Shown: positions 1-10,139, counted from the first letter of the stretch. The stretch is 64,000 bases of DNA from Candidatus Sericytochromatia bacterium (GCA_964229355.1 CAXRDE010000005.1:229131-293130), one strand, 5' to 3'. Notes: a model not told the origin generated them from the sequence alone. Made by a program: numbers and translations.

Positions 1-265
1 CCAGCGCGCTGGCTAAAATAACGGGAATCCCCCAGCGATGTAAGGTGCGGTTGGTGGGCTCCTGATGGGTGGCATCATAAAAACGCACCGATTCTCGCCA
101 ACGGGCCTTAAAGCCCGGCTCCAAACGCGGGTTGTTTTCACGGTAGCTTTTCTCAAGAGCATAAAAGCCGTGGGCAAAGGTCAACAGACCTTCTTTCTTA
201 CGACCAGCCAGCACAAGCCCCATGCCAGCAACCACTTCTATGACACCGATTTTTTTTGTGTTCAT
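1..265 (-). CDS. Partial CDS (5' part in window) for a hypothetical small membrane protein. The reverse-complement ORF MNTKKIGVIEVVAGMGLVLAGRKKEGLL... runs off the window edge.
   Basis: The open frame on the minus strand has no stop for about 88 codons. A GGAGG Shine-Dalgarno lies about 8 nt upstream of the ATG at 263-265. I preferred it over the overlapping +strand ORF 65..433. Confidence 0.5.
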   Translation of the reverse strand, partial: MNTKKIGVIEVVAGMGLVLAGRKKEGLLTFAHGFYALEKSYRENNPRLEPGFKARWRESVRFYDATHQEPTNRTLHRWGIPVILASAL

Positions 266-429
266 ACACCTAACCTCCACATATTTGTAAACAGTGTAGC
301 ACGGCTTAAAGATAGGGTTAGAAACGATAATCTAGAAACCTTGAATACCATAAGCAAAAAAGCACACCCAGTTAGGATAGGTGTGCTTTTGAAAATGCGA
401 GTAGGAAAAACGCTAGTTATAGCGAAAAA

Positions 430-879
430 TTAGCTGTTACCCAGTACAAAGTTTTGACCTTTGTCTTTGATGTAATCATCAGCAGCTGTTGGCTCTTTAC
501 CGAAACCATAGATATAGTAGCGGGTAGCATTTACGAAATCATAGGCAACTGCACCGTCGGTAGCAGAACCATCATCAATGAGAGAAGCCTGTGCTTTATC
601 TACAGGATTGGTAAACTCTTTCCAATAACCATCTTGCCGCGCTTGAGATTCGGCATTTGCTACGGTATCAGGGTATTGACCACCCCAATCGACTGCGTAG
701 GTTTCCAGAGCGGTCTGGAAGGTGTGCATGTTGGCTTTTACACTGGCAACTTTAGCGCGGTCTTGTGCACCGATGAAGTTAGGAAGCGCGATAGCTACGA
801 GAATACCGATAATAACGATTACAACCATTAATTCGATCAGGGTGAAACCGCCCTGTTGCTTTTTGAGAGACTTAATCAT
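430..879 (-). CDS. Type IV pilin / T2SS GspG-like major pseudopilin, with a prepilin N-terminal methylation motif.
   Basis: The N-terminus is MIKSLKKQQGG|FTLIELMVVIVIIGILVAIALP, giving G-1, F+1 and E+5. Length is 149 aa. GQYP resembles the GspG signature. Confidence 0.85.
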   Translation of the reverse strand: MIKSLKKQQGGFTLIELMVVIVIIGILVAIALPNFIGAQDRAKVASVKANMHTFQTALETYAVDWGGQYPDTVANAESQARQDGYWKEFTNPVDKAQASLIDDGSATDGAVAYDFVNATRYYIYGFGKEPTAADDYIKDKGQNFVLGNS

Positions 880-1034
880 ATTTTTTACCTCTGAATATTG
901 AGTGGGTCACTGATTCTAAAAACGGATTTTAAAAATCGTGTCCTTTTAAAATCTACTAGTATATTCCCAGAATTTTTGGGGCTTAAACGTTTTTCAAAAA
1001 ATTTTTTTAAAAAGTTTTCCAAAAAACTTCAAAA

Positions 1035-1100
1035 CCTGCATCAAATTCGTTCATCAATGTAGCACAGAAATTGAAATGCAGGTTGTGAAGTTGAATACGT
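1035..1100 (-). terminator. Candidate intrinsic terminator downstream of rpsI on the minus strand.
   Basis: There is an 8-9 bp inverted repeat ACCTGCAT...ATGCAGGT with a long loop. It is followed, in minus orientation, by a T-rich tract. Confidence 0.3.
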
Positions 1101-1103
1101 TTT

Positions 1104-1502
1104 TTAACGCTTAGAGAACTGGAAGCGCTTACGGGCTTTTTTCTGACCGTATTTTTTACGTTCTTTCATACGCGGATCGCGGGTAAGATGACCTTCAGCC
1201 TTTAAGCGCTGACGGAAACCGGGATCAACTTGCAGAAGCGCCCGGGCAATACCGTGCTTAATGGCTCCCACTTGACCGTGAATGCCGCCGCCGTTGACGT
1301 TGACGAAAACGTCGTAACTGCCTTCAAAGCCTAACAGCTTCAAAGGGGCTAACAGTTGAGCTTGCACGCGGGGGTTGCCGCCTACATAGCTTTTCCACTC
1401 ACGGTTATTGATCATAATTTTGCCTTCTCCACCAGGAAGAAGTCGAACCCGTGCCACAGCAGTTTTGCGACGGCCGGTTCCCCAGTAATATTCTTTACTC
1501 AT
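1104..1502 (-). CDS. rpsI: 30S ribosomal protein S9.
   Basis: The protein [21 protein letters not shown]...[12 protein letters not shown] has the typical S9 sequence and basic C-terminus. Confidence 0.95.
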   Translation of the reverse strand: MSKEYYWGTGRRKTAVARVRLLPGGEGKIMINNREWKSYVGGNPRVQAQLLAPLKLLGFEGSYDVFVNVNGGGIHGQVGAIKHGIARALLQVDPGFRQRLKAEGHLTRDPRMKERKKYGQKKARKRFQFSKR

Positions 1503-1517
1503 ATATCCGGTTCCTTA

Positions 1518-1949
1518 TTAAATTGTTAAAGGCTGAGGCTGTTGGGCCTGATGCGGATGCTCGGCGCCCGCATAGATTTTCAGCTTCTTAATCTGTTGGT
1601 TTCCGAGACGGTTGTGCGGAAGCATACCTTTAATCGCTTTTTTAATAATACGATCGGGGTGCTTTTCTTGCATTTGTCGGAAAGTACGGGTCTTCAAGCC
1701 ACCGGGGAAGCCAGTGTGATGACGGTACAGTTTCTGGTCGCGTTTTTTACCGCTAACCTGAATTTTTTCAGCGTTGATGACGACAACAAAATCTCCGGTG
1801 TCTACATGGGGTGTAAAGGTGGGACGATGCTTGCCGCGCAGGACACTGGCTACTTTAACAGCCAATTTACCAAGGGTTTGACCCTCTGCATCAACAACAA
1901 ACCAAGCTCTTTGAGCATCTTCTTTTTTTGCAGAATATGTTGTGTTCAT
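1518..1949 (-). CDS. rplM: 50S ribosomal protein L13.
   Basis: The sequence is L13-like and lies immediately upstream of rpsI in the conserved rplM-rpsI order. Confidence 0.95.
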   Translation of the reverse strand: MNTTYSAKKEDAQRAWFVVDAEGQTLGKLAVKVASVLRGKHRPTFTPHVDTGDFVVVINAEKIQVSGKKRDQKLYRHHTGFPGGLKTRTFRQMQEKHPDRIIKKAIKGMLPHNRLGNQQIKKLKIYAGAEHPHQAQQPQPLTI

Positions 1950-2181
1950 GGTATTCCATCCATTGCGTAATTATTGACCCTCCACCTGTTTTAGCAGGTG
2001 AATTCTCAGACACGACCTATGCTCACGGGAAAGCAGTTGCCGGTAACGTTAATGTCTGAAGGACCAGTCCGGCCCTATGATGAAAGATCTATTTATAGAA
2101 ACGACTCTCAAGTCAACGTGTATTGTACACTAACTTAGATCGATTCGTGGAGGTTAAAGACAGAAAAAATCGATCTTAAAT

Positions 2182-2718
2182 TTATCTCATGTAGGCTTTA
2201 GAATAAGGCTTAGCATATTGCAGAAGCTTGATGCGGTTTTCCCAGCTTAGGGGCTGATAATCAGTAAAACCAATGTGCTCCATGAGCTCAGGTGCAAAGG
2301 GTGGGGGCATCACCCCTTTTTCTAACATGGTATAAAACTCACCCGGCATCGCTTTTAAGAATTTTTCAATTTCCTGCTGACTGGTAAAACTGACGGGCAC
2401 GCCGTCTTGCATATACTGTTTCAGCTCGGCAATCTCCGCCAGAACGCGCTCCCGGGTTTCACCATCTAAAGTTTCCACGGGATGCTTTTCAAGGCGCTCA
2501 ATCACCGTACCAATCGTGTGACGATTATGGCAAGGCATACAACTTCTTGAAAGAATAGGGCTTATCTCCTCGTAAGAAACCTGTTGTGTTGTGTGGTAAG
2601 CAGAAGCCTGAGCCTTATCGTCACCAGGGGTCCCAGAGTCCTTATTTTCACAACCCACGCTTCCCAGCATAAAAGCGGCATACAAAAAATTTAAAAGGTA
2701 GCGTTTTTGCTTGAGCAC
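2182..2718 (-). CDS. Lipoprotein with a single CXXCH heme-binding motif; putative c-type cytochrome.
   Basis: A signal peptide is followed by the lipobox LGSVGC. The CMPCH motif is present. Confidence 0.5.
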   Translation of the reverse strand: MLKQKRYLLNFLYAAFMLGSVGCENKDSGTPGDDKAQASAYHTTQQVSYEEISPILSRSCMPCHNRHTIGTVIERLEKHPVETLDGETRERVLAEIAELKQYMQDGVPVSFTSQQEIEKFLKAMPGEFYTMLEKGVMPPPFAPELMEHIGFTDYQPLSWENRIKLLQYAKPYSKAYMR

Positions 2719-3007
2719 GCGCGGGCCCTCCTTGCGTTTGCCTTGAATCTAGCATGGACACCCCCATCGTTGTCAAATACTCATCGCTTTTATTAAGTTA
2801 TTTTTAAAAAATGATTTAGACCCGTCACTTCACAAGCCAACAAGCGGATAGGAAGACGTGTAAAGGCTTGTGTTTTCTTGCGTTTTTTAAATGTATATCA
2901 TAGATTATTTCAAATTTACATTCACTTTCCACTGCGCTTATGATGAATTTAAACGCAAGAAGCCGCGATACACTCGCCCGCACGATATTCAGAAGGGACC
3001 CTAATCA

Positions 3008-4996
3008 ATGAGCATACAAAAACATAAATGGCTGGTACCCGCCAGTTTAACCCTGAGCTTAATTGCCTGTACACCCACTCCTCAAGCCCCCACTCAGCCC
3101 GGAAGTTCTAGTACCCCAAACGCACAGGTAAGTTCACCACCAGCTGCAAGCCAAACCGCTAACCCAACCCCTTCGGCAGGGACACCCATTACTGACCTTG
3201 TTACCACACCGACGACAGACGCCTCGGTCGGGCCGACTATCATTGGGGGCTCTGGATGTTCACCCCTCGTGAATTTAAACGGTGCCCAACGCGTTAGTGC
3301 GGGTTCCAGCAGTAGCTTACAAACCCTGGAAAGTGACAACGAAACCAACGTGGTAAAGGGTTACCTACGCCTGACTTCTACCTTATCCTGCAGCACCGAT
3401 GTCAAAAGTGTTCAATACATGTACCGTCTGGTACCCAGCGGAGAGTATTTGCTAATCGGGGGCATACAACAACCTGACAATAGCTATGCTTTTGAACTGA
3501 ACACCCCTGCCTTATTGATCGACGGCAATTACGAGCTGGTCACCAAAGCCACGCTCAATGATGGCAATATCGTCCTCAGCAGTCCGTTACGTATCACCGT
3601 TGACAACGTTGAATCCACCAGCAGCTCTGGTGGTGGCGGCGGAGGCGGCGGTGGTAGCACTGGCGGCGGCGACACCGGAGGCGGTGATACGGGTGGTGGC
3701 AACACCGGGGGCGGCACCGGTAATGTAAACTTTGCCGTAGATACATCCTTTAGTATCCCGGCGGGCACCACCCGTTGGACCCTTGACGTCGGCAAGCAGG
3801 TTTCATCAACTCCTCTTGTGGACGAAGACGGTAACTCATTTTTTGCGGCGGACAATAAGTTTTTCATCTACGATAAAAACGGCGTCAAAACTGCTGAAAT
3901 TGCTCTGGATTCAGAAGTGACAGCACCCGCAGCCCGATACGGCGACTTCGTTTACTTTGGAAACGCCAATGGCGAATTGGTCAAGGTAAATACCGCCAAC
4001 CCGTCTGCCGGGGCTGAGAAATTTACGCTCTCCGCTACTGGCTCTAATGCGCGCCTGGAGTATAATGCACCCGCCATTGATTGTAATGGTAATGTTTATA
4101 TCCAAACCCGCGACCGTAAGCTCTACAAGTTTGATCAAGGCACCAACAGTGTTGTACAACAGCCGTTAATTACGGTGCCACAACCCAACTTCACCAATGG
4201 AGAAACCACAACGGCACGCTACGCCTCTCCCGTTGTTGATACGGTCAACAATCGGGTGTTTACCGGCTCTCAAAACGGCGTTCGCATTGCCAGCTTAGAC
4301 GGAAGCAATCCGCGTAGCTTTATTCCCACCCAAACCACCACGGCACAGTGTCAGAGTCTCTCTTCTTCTTGCACGGCCCCCAATGCCCAACCCATTGACC
4401 AGGCCATCAATTCACCGCTGGCCGTAGATGCCGAAGGCAAAGCCTATGTAGTCTCCGAAACAGGCACGCTGTTCAAATTTGACCCGGCGGCCAACCCACC
4501 CACTCAAGAATGGGGCATTTTTGTAGGAGATGGTGATGGAGCACCCGTCATTGGCTCAGATGGCACCGTTTATGTCGCCTCAGAAAACGGTATCCTCAAA
4601 GCGCTAGACCCCACCAATGGGAATACCCGCTTTGAAATTGGCCTGGGCAACGTGGTAGAGTTTTCCTCACCTGCCATCGGTAAAGGTACCAATGGAGAAG
4701 ACGTCATCTATGTGGGAACAGAGGGCGGTTTACTTTATAGTTTCAACGGCACCAATGCAACAACGCCAGGCTCACAGCGCTTTGTTAAAGATTTAGGTGC
4801 TCCGATCCGGAGCGACATTACAATTTCGCCAGACGGCACCGTTTACACCGGCACCTTAGACGGACGCATGTTTACGCTATTTGGAGACAGCGTCGGTTTA
4901 GCAAACAGTCCCTGGCCCAAAGCCCAGGGTGATCTCAATGGTACCGGACAGGTAAGAACACTCCAAAACGGAACCTACGCATCTTCCTGCTCATAA
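3008..4996 (+). CDS. Lipoprotein with a Gly-rich linker and a PQQ-like beta-propeller (BamB-like repeats).
   Basis: The lipobox is LIAC. The linker is a (GGN)n tract, SSSGGGGGGGGGSTGGGDTGGGDTGGGNTGGG. Repeated motifs such as GTVYVASENGILKALDPTNG match PQQ-like repeats. Confidence 0.7.
   Translation: MSIQKHKWLVPASLTLSLIACTPTPQAPTQPGSSSTPNAQVSSPPAASQTANPTPSAGTPITDLVTTPTTDASVGPTIIGGSGCSPLVNLNGAQRVSAGSSSSLQTLESDNETNVVKGYLRLTSTLSCSTDVKSVQYMYRLVPSGEYLLIGGIQQPDNSYAFELNTPALLIDGNYELVTKATLNDGNIVLSSPLRITVDNVESTSSSGGGGGGGGGSTGGGDTGGGDTGGGNTGGGTGNVNFAVDTSFSIPAGTTRWTLDVGKQVSSTPLVDEDGNSFFAADNKFFIYDKNGVKTAEIALDSEVTAPAARYGDFVYFGNANGELVKVNTANPSAGAEKFTLSATGSNARLEYNAPAIDCNGNVYIQTRDRKLYKFDQGTNSVVQQPLITVPQPNFTNGETTTARYASPVVDTVNNRVFTGSQNGVRIASLDGSNPRSFIPTQTTTAQCQSLSSSCTAPNAQPIDQAINSPLAVDAEGKAYVVSETGTLFKFDPAANPPTQEWGIFVGDGDGAPVIGSDGTVYVASENGILKALDPTNGNTRFEIGLGNVVEFSSPAIGKGTNGEDVIYVGTEGGLLYSFNGTNATTPGSQRFVKDLGAPIRSDITISPDGTVYTGTLDGRMFTLFGDSVGLANSPWPKAQGDLNGTGQVRTLQNGTYASSCS
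3630..3725 (+). repeat. GGN simple-sequence tract encoding poly-Gly. Its length is a multiple of 3, so it could be a slippage site.
   Basis: It consists of runs of ggc/ggt/gga codons. Confidence 0.6.
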
Positions 4997-5998
4997 GTGT
5001 TGAAACCCGTTACCTTTGATATCTTTTTTTACGAGCGCCCTTACAAGCAACCTTTGTTGCTAAAGCAAGGGCGCTTTTTTGCAAGAGAAGGCTTTATACT
5101 CAAGGGAGTCAGCGACCAGGGGATTCATTATGCAGAAGTGGCCCCTTTTCCTGGACTGCAAAGTGAAACACTTGAAGACTGTCTTGCCCAACTCAAGGCC
5201 CTTCAAGAAAAAAGAACCCCGACGCGTCTTTTTCCCGCGGTGGAGTGGGGACTGCATCAACTTACACAGAGGTTCAATGCACCTTTTCCCGGGACACCCT
5301 TACCCATCAACACCTTAATTAGCGGCATCTCTGAAACAAACACGTTTAAAGATGTCATTGCGCAACGTTATAATACGGGGTACCGATGCTTCAAGATCAA
5401 AGTGGGACTGCTTCCCTCATCCCTTGAAATCGACCGGCTTACAGAACTCCTTGCACAATATCCAGACATTAAGCTTCGACTTGATGCCAATCAAAGCTGG
5501 AATTATCAAGACTTTTACCACTTTTCACAGATGCTTCAATCTTCTCGCATTGAATACTTTGAAGAACCTTTTCGTGAACCTTCAGAATATGCTAAGTTAA
5601 CAACGCAGCAGTGGAAGCAGATCGCCCTGGACGAATCGTTGGTACATGAAAAAACCCATCATGCTCACCTCGCCTGCGCACGGGTGCTCAAACCGATGGT
5701 ATTGGGCCCTCAGGCACTGAATAAGCACTTAAAACAAGCGCGAAAGCATCAGCAAACTGTGGTCTTCAGTGCCTGTTTTGAAAGCGCATGGGGCCTGAGT
5801 ATCCTGGCGCGCGAAGCAATGCAACACGCGCCAGAAACCCCTTGTGGACTGGATACTAACCAGGCTTTTGATAGGGATATCTGGGAGCCACCCTTAGAAA
5901 TTCAGGGCGGAAAAATGCATTTCGAGCAAGGCTTTTTTACCGCCCAATCTCACCACCAGTTAAAATGGAATACAACTTATATCAGGAAAATAGACTAA
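4997..5998 (+). CDS. menC: o-Succinylbenzoate synthase, a member of the enolase superfamily.
   Basis: Two motifs are present, KIKVG and LRLDANQSW. Length and N-terminus are typical of MenC/OSBS. Confidence 0.75.
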   Translation: MLKPVTFDIFFYERPYKQPLLLKQGRFFAREGFILKGVSDQGIHYAEVAPFPGLQSETLEDCLAQLKALQEKRTPTRLFPAVEWGLHQLTQRFNAPFPGTPLPINTLISGISETNTFKDVIAQRYNTGYRCFKIKVGLLPSSLEIDRLTELLAQYPDIKLRLDANQSWNYQDFYHFSQMLQSSRIEYFEEPFREPSEYAKLTTQQWKQIALDESLVHEKTHHAHLACARVLKPMVLGPQALNKHLKQARKHQQTVVFSACFESAWGLSILAREAMQHAPETPCGLDTNQAFDRDIWEPPLEIQGGKMHFEQGFFTAQSHHQLKWNTTYIRKID

Positions 5999-6406
5999 AT
6001 GCTGAATGAAAATATTCTTTTACACTTCTTTCAAGAGCAAATTGACCTGCAAGAACTACAAGATGCTTTAGATGAAGAATTTTATCGGGACGAAGAAGAG
6101 GAAGAGAGTAGTTATCACTATACCTTTCAAGATATGGACTCCGTCCACACTTTGGAACCCACCGATTTAGTGGTTTTCTGTGATGCCGCCATTGAGGGTG
6201 AAATGCGTTCCGAGAGCCTTTCCTTAATCGCAGAATGTCTGCTGCACGCAGAAAAACTGACGTGGGATGACGAGATCATTTCTGACGTTTGCCATTATTG
6301 GCTAGAAGGCGCTGAAACCGATTACCCGCTGGACGACCCGCAAAGTTTAAAAACATTTAAGCGCTGGCTCAAAGGTGAAGAGGCCATGCCAGAAGCAATT
6401 GCTTAA
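5999..6406 (+). CDS. Acidic hypothetical protein.
   Basis: It is a 135-aa ORF whose start abuts the menC stop. I recognise no domain. Confidence 0.5.
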   Translation: MLNENILLHFFQEQIDLQELQDALDEEFYRDEEEEESSYHYTFQDMDSVHTLEPTDLVVFCDAAIEGEMRSESLSLIAECLLHAEKLTWDDEIISDVCHYWLEGAETDYPLDDPQSLKTFKRWLKGEEAMPEAIA

Positions 6407-6413
6407 AACAGCG

Positions 6414-7973
6414 CTAGAGCCGCTCAATGGCTTTGGGATTGCCCAGGCCATTGATTTGGTTTACGACCTGCCCGTTGGCATTGACCTCTAAAACGCGGTT
6501 ATGGCCTGTATCTGAAATTAAAAAGGTACCAAAAGTCGTCACAATGGTGCTGGACGGCCGCAAGAGTCCAGCAGAGGGATCGGCACCCTCGCTAACACCG
6601 CCATCAAAAAAGAGACTGACTTGCTTGTTGGGCTTCACCCGAATCACGCGGTTGTAAGCAGCATCGGTGATTAAGGTATCTCCATTGCTTAGACGCACCG
6701 CATGAGTCGGGGCCTGCATACTTAAAGCATAGTCCCACACCACCGTATTGGTAGTACGATCCACCTCAATGACACGGGCATTGCCGGTATCCGCAATCAA
6801 GACGGTGCCGGTACCCGACACATACGTGGCTGAACGGGGATTGTTCAGGCCCGGAAACTCCCAAACCCGCTGCTGATTTTCCACTTCAATAATTCGCCCA
6901 TTGCCAGAATCTGTCACCAGAAAAGACTGACCATCTCGGGCTGCGTCTACCCAGCTGGGACGATTTAAGCGGCTAAATAAGCCCGCCATATCCCAAAGCA
7001 CATCTCCCCCCAGAGAGACAATGCGCACCTGGTTGGCACCTTCGTCAGCAATCAAAGTGGTATCATCTGGCAAGCGGGTGGCCGAAGCGGCGTTGCGTGT
7101 GGGCACAAAGAAAACCCGTTCACCCGTATTCGAAAGCTGGTACACACCGGTGGGCTCTGTAATAAGCACGTGACCACGGGTTGCAGGATTTCCGGTTCCT
7201 GGAGTTTGACTGCTCGAGTCGCCCATAAACACCGTTTCCACAATATTGGGCTCACCTTGCACCACTTGAATCTGTCGCTGTGCATCAGGATAACCTGACA
7301 GGGAATACACGAGTGTATAGGCTCCGGGAGGCACTTGTTCAAAGGTAAACTGCCCTGCCTCATCACTGATCACACTTTGTCCAGCTTGTTGCACGCGGTA
7401 TACCATAGGATAAGGGTTAGGGGGATAAATATTGGGACGTCCTGCGTAAGGGGCCACACGCTGAGCGGCCAACATCCCGGCCCCATTTAAGGTAACCGTC
7501 ACGCCTGGCAAGGCCAGTTTTGTACGCACATCTTTTACAGAGCCCGCAATCAAACCCGCGCCCTGAGAAAGACTGGGCTGCATGGGAATCACGACCGTCT
7601 GGTTACTGAGCAGTTTAATACTGGGAGAAGCACCGGGAGCAAAGCCATTGACGCTGGAAGCAAAAGCTTTATAACCCGCAGATGCGGGCAGACCCGGGAA
7701 CAGAGCAAGACCATTGCCGTCGCTGGCTTGTTCTGTGCCAACCACTTCACCGTTGAGCTTTAAAGAAACGCGCGCGTTTTGGATTGGGGTTTGATCCACC
7801 GCATTCACCACGCGAATGGTTAGATCGGCGTTACCTCCGGGCTGTACACTCCCTGGGCCCCCTTTGGGACAACCCATCAACAAAAACACACCTACCCCCC
7901 AGAGGAGGAGGGTAAAAATGTGTCGTGTTTTGCGATTGTGCACGTCTTGTTTCTCCTTAAACCTATCTTCCAA
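6414..7973 (-). CDS. Lipoprotein with carboxypeptidase-regulatory-like domains and a C-terminal NHL-repeat beta-propeller.
   Basis: The lipobox is LMGC. Repeated xxDxGNxRV motifs resemble NHL repeats. Confidence 0.6.
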   Translation of the reverse strand: MEDRFKEKQDVHNRKTRHIFTLLLWGVGVFLLMGCPKGGPGSVQPGGNADLTIRVVNAVDQTPIQNARVSLKLNGEVVGTEQASDGNGLALFPGLPASAGYKAFASSVNGFAPGASPSIKLLSNQTVVIPMQPSLSQGAGLIAGSVKDVRTKLALPGVTVTLNGAGMLAAQRVAPYAGRPNIYPPNPYPMVYRVQQAGQSVISDEAGQFTFEQVPPGAYTLVYSLSGYPDAQRQIQVVQGEPNIVETVFMGDSSSQTPGTGNPATRGHVLITEPTGVYQLSNTGERVFFVPTRNAASATRLPDDTTLIADEGANQVRIVSLGGDVLWDMAGLFSRLNRPSWVDAARDGQSFLVTDSGNGRIIEVENQQRVWEFPGLNNPRSATYVSGTGTVLIADTGNARVIEVDRTTNTVVWDYALSMQAPTHAVRLSNGDTLITDAAYNRVIRVKPNKQVSLFFDGGVSEGADPSAGLLRPSSTIVTTFGTFLISDTGHNRVLEVNANGQVVNQINGLGNPKAIERL

Positions 7974-7976
7974 GGC

Positions 7977-9359
7977 TTAATAGTTTTGACGTTGTTGTTG
8001 CGGGTAGGTGTAATAACCACCTTGCTGAGGGTAGCTGCTACCGTAGCCCTGCTGCGCACCGTACTGGTTGTAAGAAGACTGTTGTGCAGGGTAGCTGGGG
8101 TAACCCGCACTGGTCTGCTGTTGAGGATAGCTATTGTACGAATTATAGCTGCTGTAGCTATTGTAGTTAGGGTAAGCGCCCTGACCGTTCACACGTTGAG
8201 CAGCGACAGCTTCCGCTTCAGGATTTTCACGGGGATCTACAGGTACTGCAGCGGGAGAGATTTGGAAGTGCCCAAAACCACCCCAGGTACGAGAGATTTG
8301 CTTGGCCGTCTGCATGTTGCCGGTATCTGTACGGATGCTGATCACTGACCAGGAGTACTTGGCACCGGGCTTCAGGTTAAAGGTAATATCAAAGGGCAGT
8401 ACACCCGCATAAGAGAGCAAATTGCCTTTGCTTTTACCGTAGGTCACCTGTTGAACGGTGCTGCGTTGAAAATTCATATAGGTGGTCCAGGCTGCCAGAG
8501 AGGTAGGAGGCAGAATGCCCTGGGTCAAACCTTCTACCGAAGGGAAAACACTGACATAGTAACCATCGGGCTGCAAACCGTCGGTGCCTTTTCTCCAGGG
8601 CAGAACAGGCTTCACAGTGTTGGTGTTCGCGGCGTCAAGCATGATGGGGGTACCCACAGAGCTCATGGCGCGACCGGTGGTCACTTTGGATTGAGACATG
8701 GGGACGCCATTGGCGTCTACGGCAACCACTTTGTAGACGTAATCGACGTTGGGACGATTGGTTACGCTTTGAAAGCCGCGCTTCAGACGCTCCCAGAGGC
8801 TACCATCTTTCAGGTTAGGCGCTGCCATACCGTCTTTGTAACCTTCAGCGCTGGTAGAACGGCCTTGCGAATCTTTCGCAGGCACGATGGCAAAAGCGCC
8901 TTCACGGGTAACCTGATTCCACTCGGGAATGTTGTTTTTATAGATCCAGTACTCTGCAGCACCGTTTACAGGCTGCCAGGTCAGGTGAATAAAGACATAT
9001 ACACCATTGAGTTGGATGTACTTGCTGAATTGAGGAACGGCAAAAGCGGTAGTGTTACCGACAGCTTTGATTTCAAAGACTTCGCCCGGTTGAGCGGGTT
9101 GCTGAGGAGCAGGGAGAGGTTCAGGGGTATCGAGAGGCTGTTCAGGAGATTGTTCGACAGGAAGCATATCGCTGTATTGATTGTTGGTGGTGGGTCCAGT
9201 GTAAGCGTTGCTACCGCCTGCACCCGCACCGTTAGCGGTACCCACAGCAGGAGCACTCACCTGGCTGGCCAGGTCTTGCTTGCCACAAGCGGTCAGAACC
9301 ATGCTGCTGGCGGTGAGCAGTAAAAGGGTTTTCGCGATTCCGTGGGTAAACATTTTCAT
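7977..9359 (-). CDS. Lipoprotein with a C-terminal Tyr/Gln/Ser-rich low-complexity tail.
   Basis: The lipobox is LTAC. The last ~70 residues are YPNYNSYSSYNSYNSYPQQQ...GGYYTYPQQQRQNY. Confidence 0.65.
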   Translation of the reverse strand: MKMFTHGIAKTLLLLTASSMVLTACGKQDLASQVSAPAVGTANGAGAGGSNAYTGPTTNNQYSDMLPVEQSPEQPLDTPEPLPAPQQPAQPGEVFEIKAVGNTTAFAVPQFSKYIQLNGVYVFIHLTWQPVNGAAEYWIYKNNIPEWNQVTREGAFAIVPAKDSQGRSTSAEGYKDGMAAPNLKDGSLWERLKRGFQSVTNRPNVDYVYKVVAVDANGVPMSQSKVTTGRAMSSVGTPIMLDAANTNTVKPVLPWRKGTDGLQPDGYYVSVFPSVEGLTQGILPPTSLAAWTTYMNFQRSTVQQVTYGKSKGNLLSYAGVLPFDITFNLKPGAKYSWSVISIRTDTGNMQTAKQISRTWGGFGHFQISPAAVPVDPRENPEAEAVAAQRVNGQGAYPNYNSYSSYNSYNSYPQQQTSAGYPSYPAQQSSYNQYGAQQGYGSSYPQQGGYYTYPQQQRQNY

Positions 9360-9467
9360 AATTTTTTCTCGGCTCTCTACTTATCTGAACTTAATCTCTC
9401 TTATAGTCTTATTATAGGATGAACTTTCTTTTTATATTTAAAGAAGAACATTAGAAGAGGTTAAGAT

Positions 9468-10139
9468 TTGTTTAATATTAAAGATATTTCACAAAAGTTG
9501 GTGGTTTCTTGTCAACCTGAAGCTCAGGAGTCCTTTTATGATACCGCATTTATTTGCGGAATGGCACAGGCAGCACTTCTGGGTGGAGCAGGAGGTCTGC
9601 GCTTAAGTGGCCCTGAAAACATTTGTGCCGTCAAAAAAGTCTGTAAATCACCGATCATTGGTATTTGGAAACAGCAGTACCCCAACTCTGAGGTGTATAT
9701 TACCCCCACCCTCAAAGAAGCCGAAGCCCTTTTGGAGGTGGGTACAGAAATCATTGCTTTAGACGCCACCCGCCGGATACGTCCTCGGGAAGATCTGGAA
9801 AGTCTGGTGCAAGCCCTGAAAGGCAAAGTCTGCCTCATGGCAGATATCTCGAATCTGGAAGAAGCCCAGTACGCCGCTGAACTTGGGTTTGACTGTATAG
9901 GCACCACATTGGCGGGCTACACCACCCCGTCACCGCATCCTCAGGGCCCCGACTTTGCCTTGCTCAGTCAATTGGTCAAAACCTTAGATCTTCCTATTAT
10001 TGCTGAAGGACGCATCTCTACCCCCCAGGAAGCTGCACAGGCCCTGCAATTGGGAGCCCATGCCGTGGTGGTCGGATCGGCGATCACCCGCCCTCAGGTC
10101 ATTACCCGAGAATTTATCGCACACATGAAGAGGCTTTGA
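9468..10139 (+). CDS. nanE: Putative N-acetylmannosamine-6-phosphate 2-epimerase.
   Basis: The N-terminus KLVVSCQPE matches the NanE ...IVSCQA... motif. Length of about 223 aa is typical of the family. Confidence 0.7.
   Translation: MFNIKDISQKLVVSCQPEAQESFYDTAFICGMAQAALLGGAGGLRLSGPENICAVKKVCKSPIIGIWKQQYPNSEVYITPTLKEAEALLEVGTEIIALDATRRIRPREDLESLVQALKGKVCLMADISNLEEAQYAAELGFDCIGTTLAGYTTPSPHPQGPDFALLSQLVKTLDLPIIAEGRISTPQEAAQALQLGAHAVVVGSAITRPQVITREFIAHMKRL

Noticed and set aside
65-433. A 122-aa +strand ORF at the window start.
   Set aside because: It overlaps a better-supported minus-strand ORF (1..265) that has a strong GGAGG RBS and membrane-protein-like sequence. The +strand protein is low-complexity and basic, with no features.
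454-831. A 125-aa +strand ORF antisense to the pilin gene, and the similar antisense ORF 1542..1970 opposite rplM.
   Set aside because: Both lie entirely inside well-supported genes on the opposite strand. These are typical shadow ORFs.
880-1103. A possible sigma54 (-24 GG / -12 GC) promoter upstream of the pilin gene.
   Set aside because: I checked the reverse complement for TGGCAC-N5-TTGC spacing. GG dinucleotides are present, but no GC lies at the required +10 offset. I make no call.
8451-9323. A 290-aa +strand ORF antisense to the lipoprotein gene. Similar antisense ORFs are 11229..12047 opposite tilS and 33756..34617 opposite pilQ.
   Set aside because: These are Gly/Arg-rich translations of the antisense of GC-rich coding sequence. 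They have no start context or motifs.
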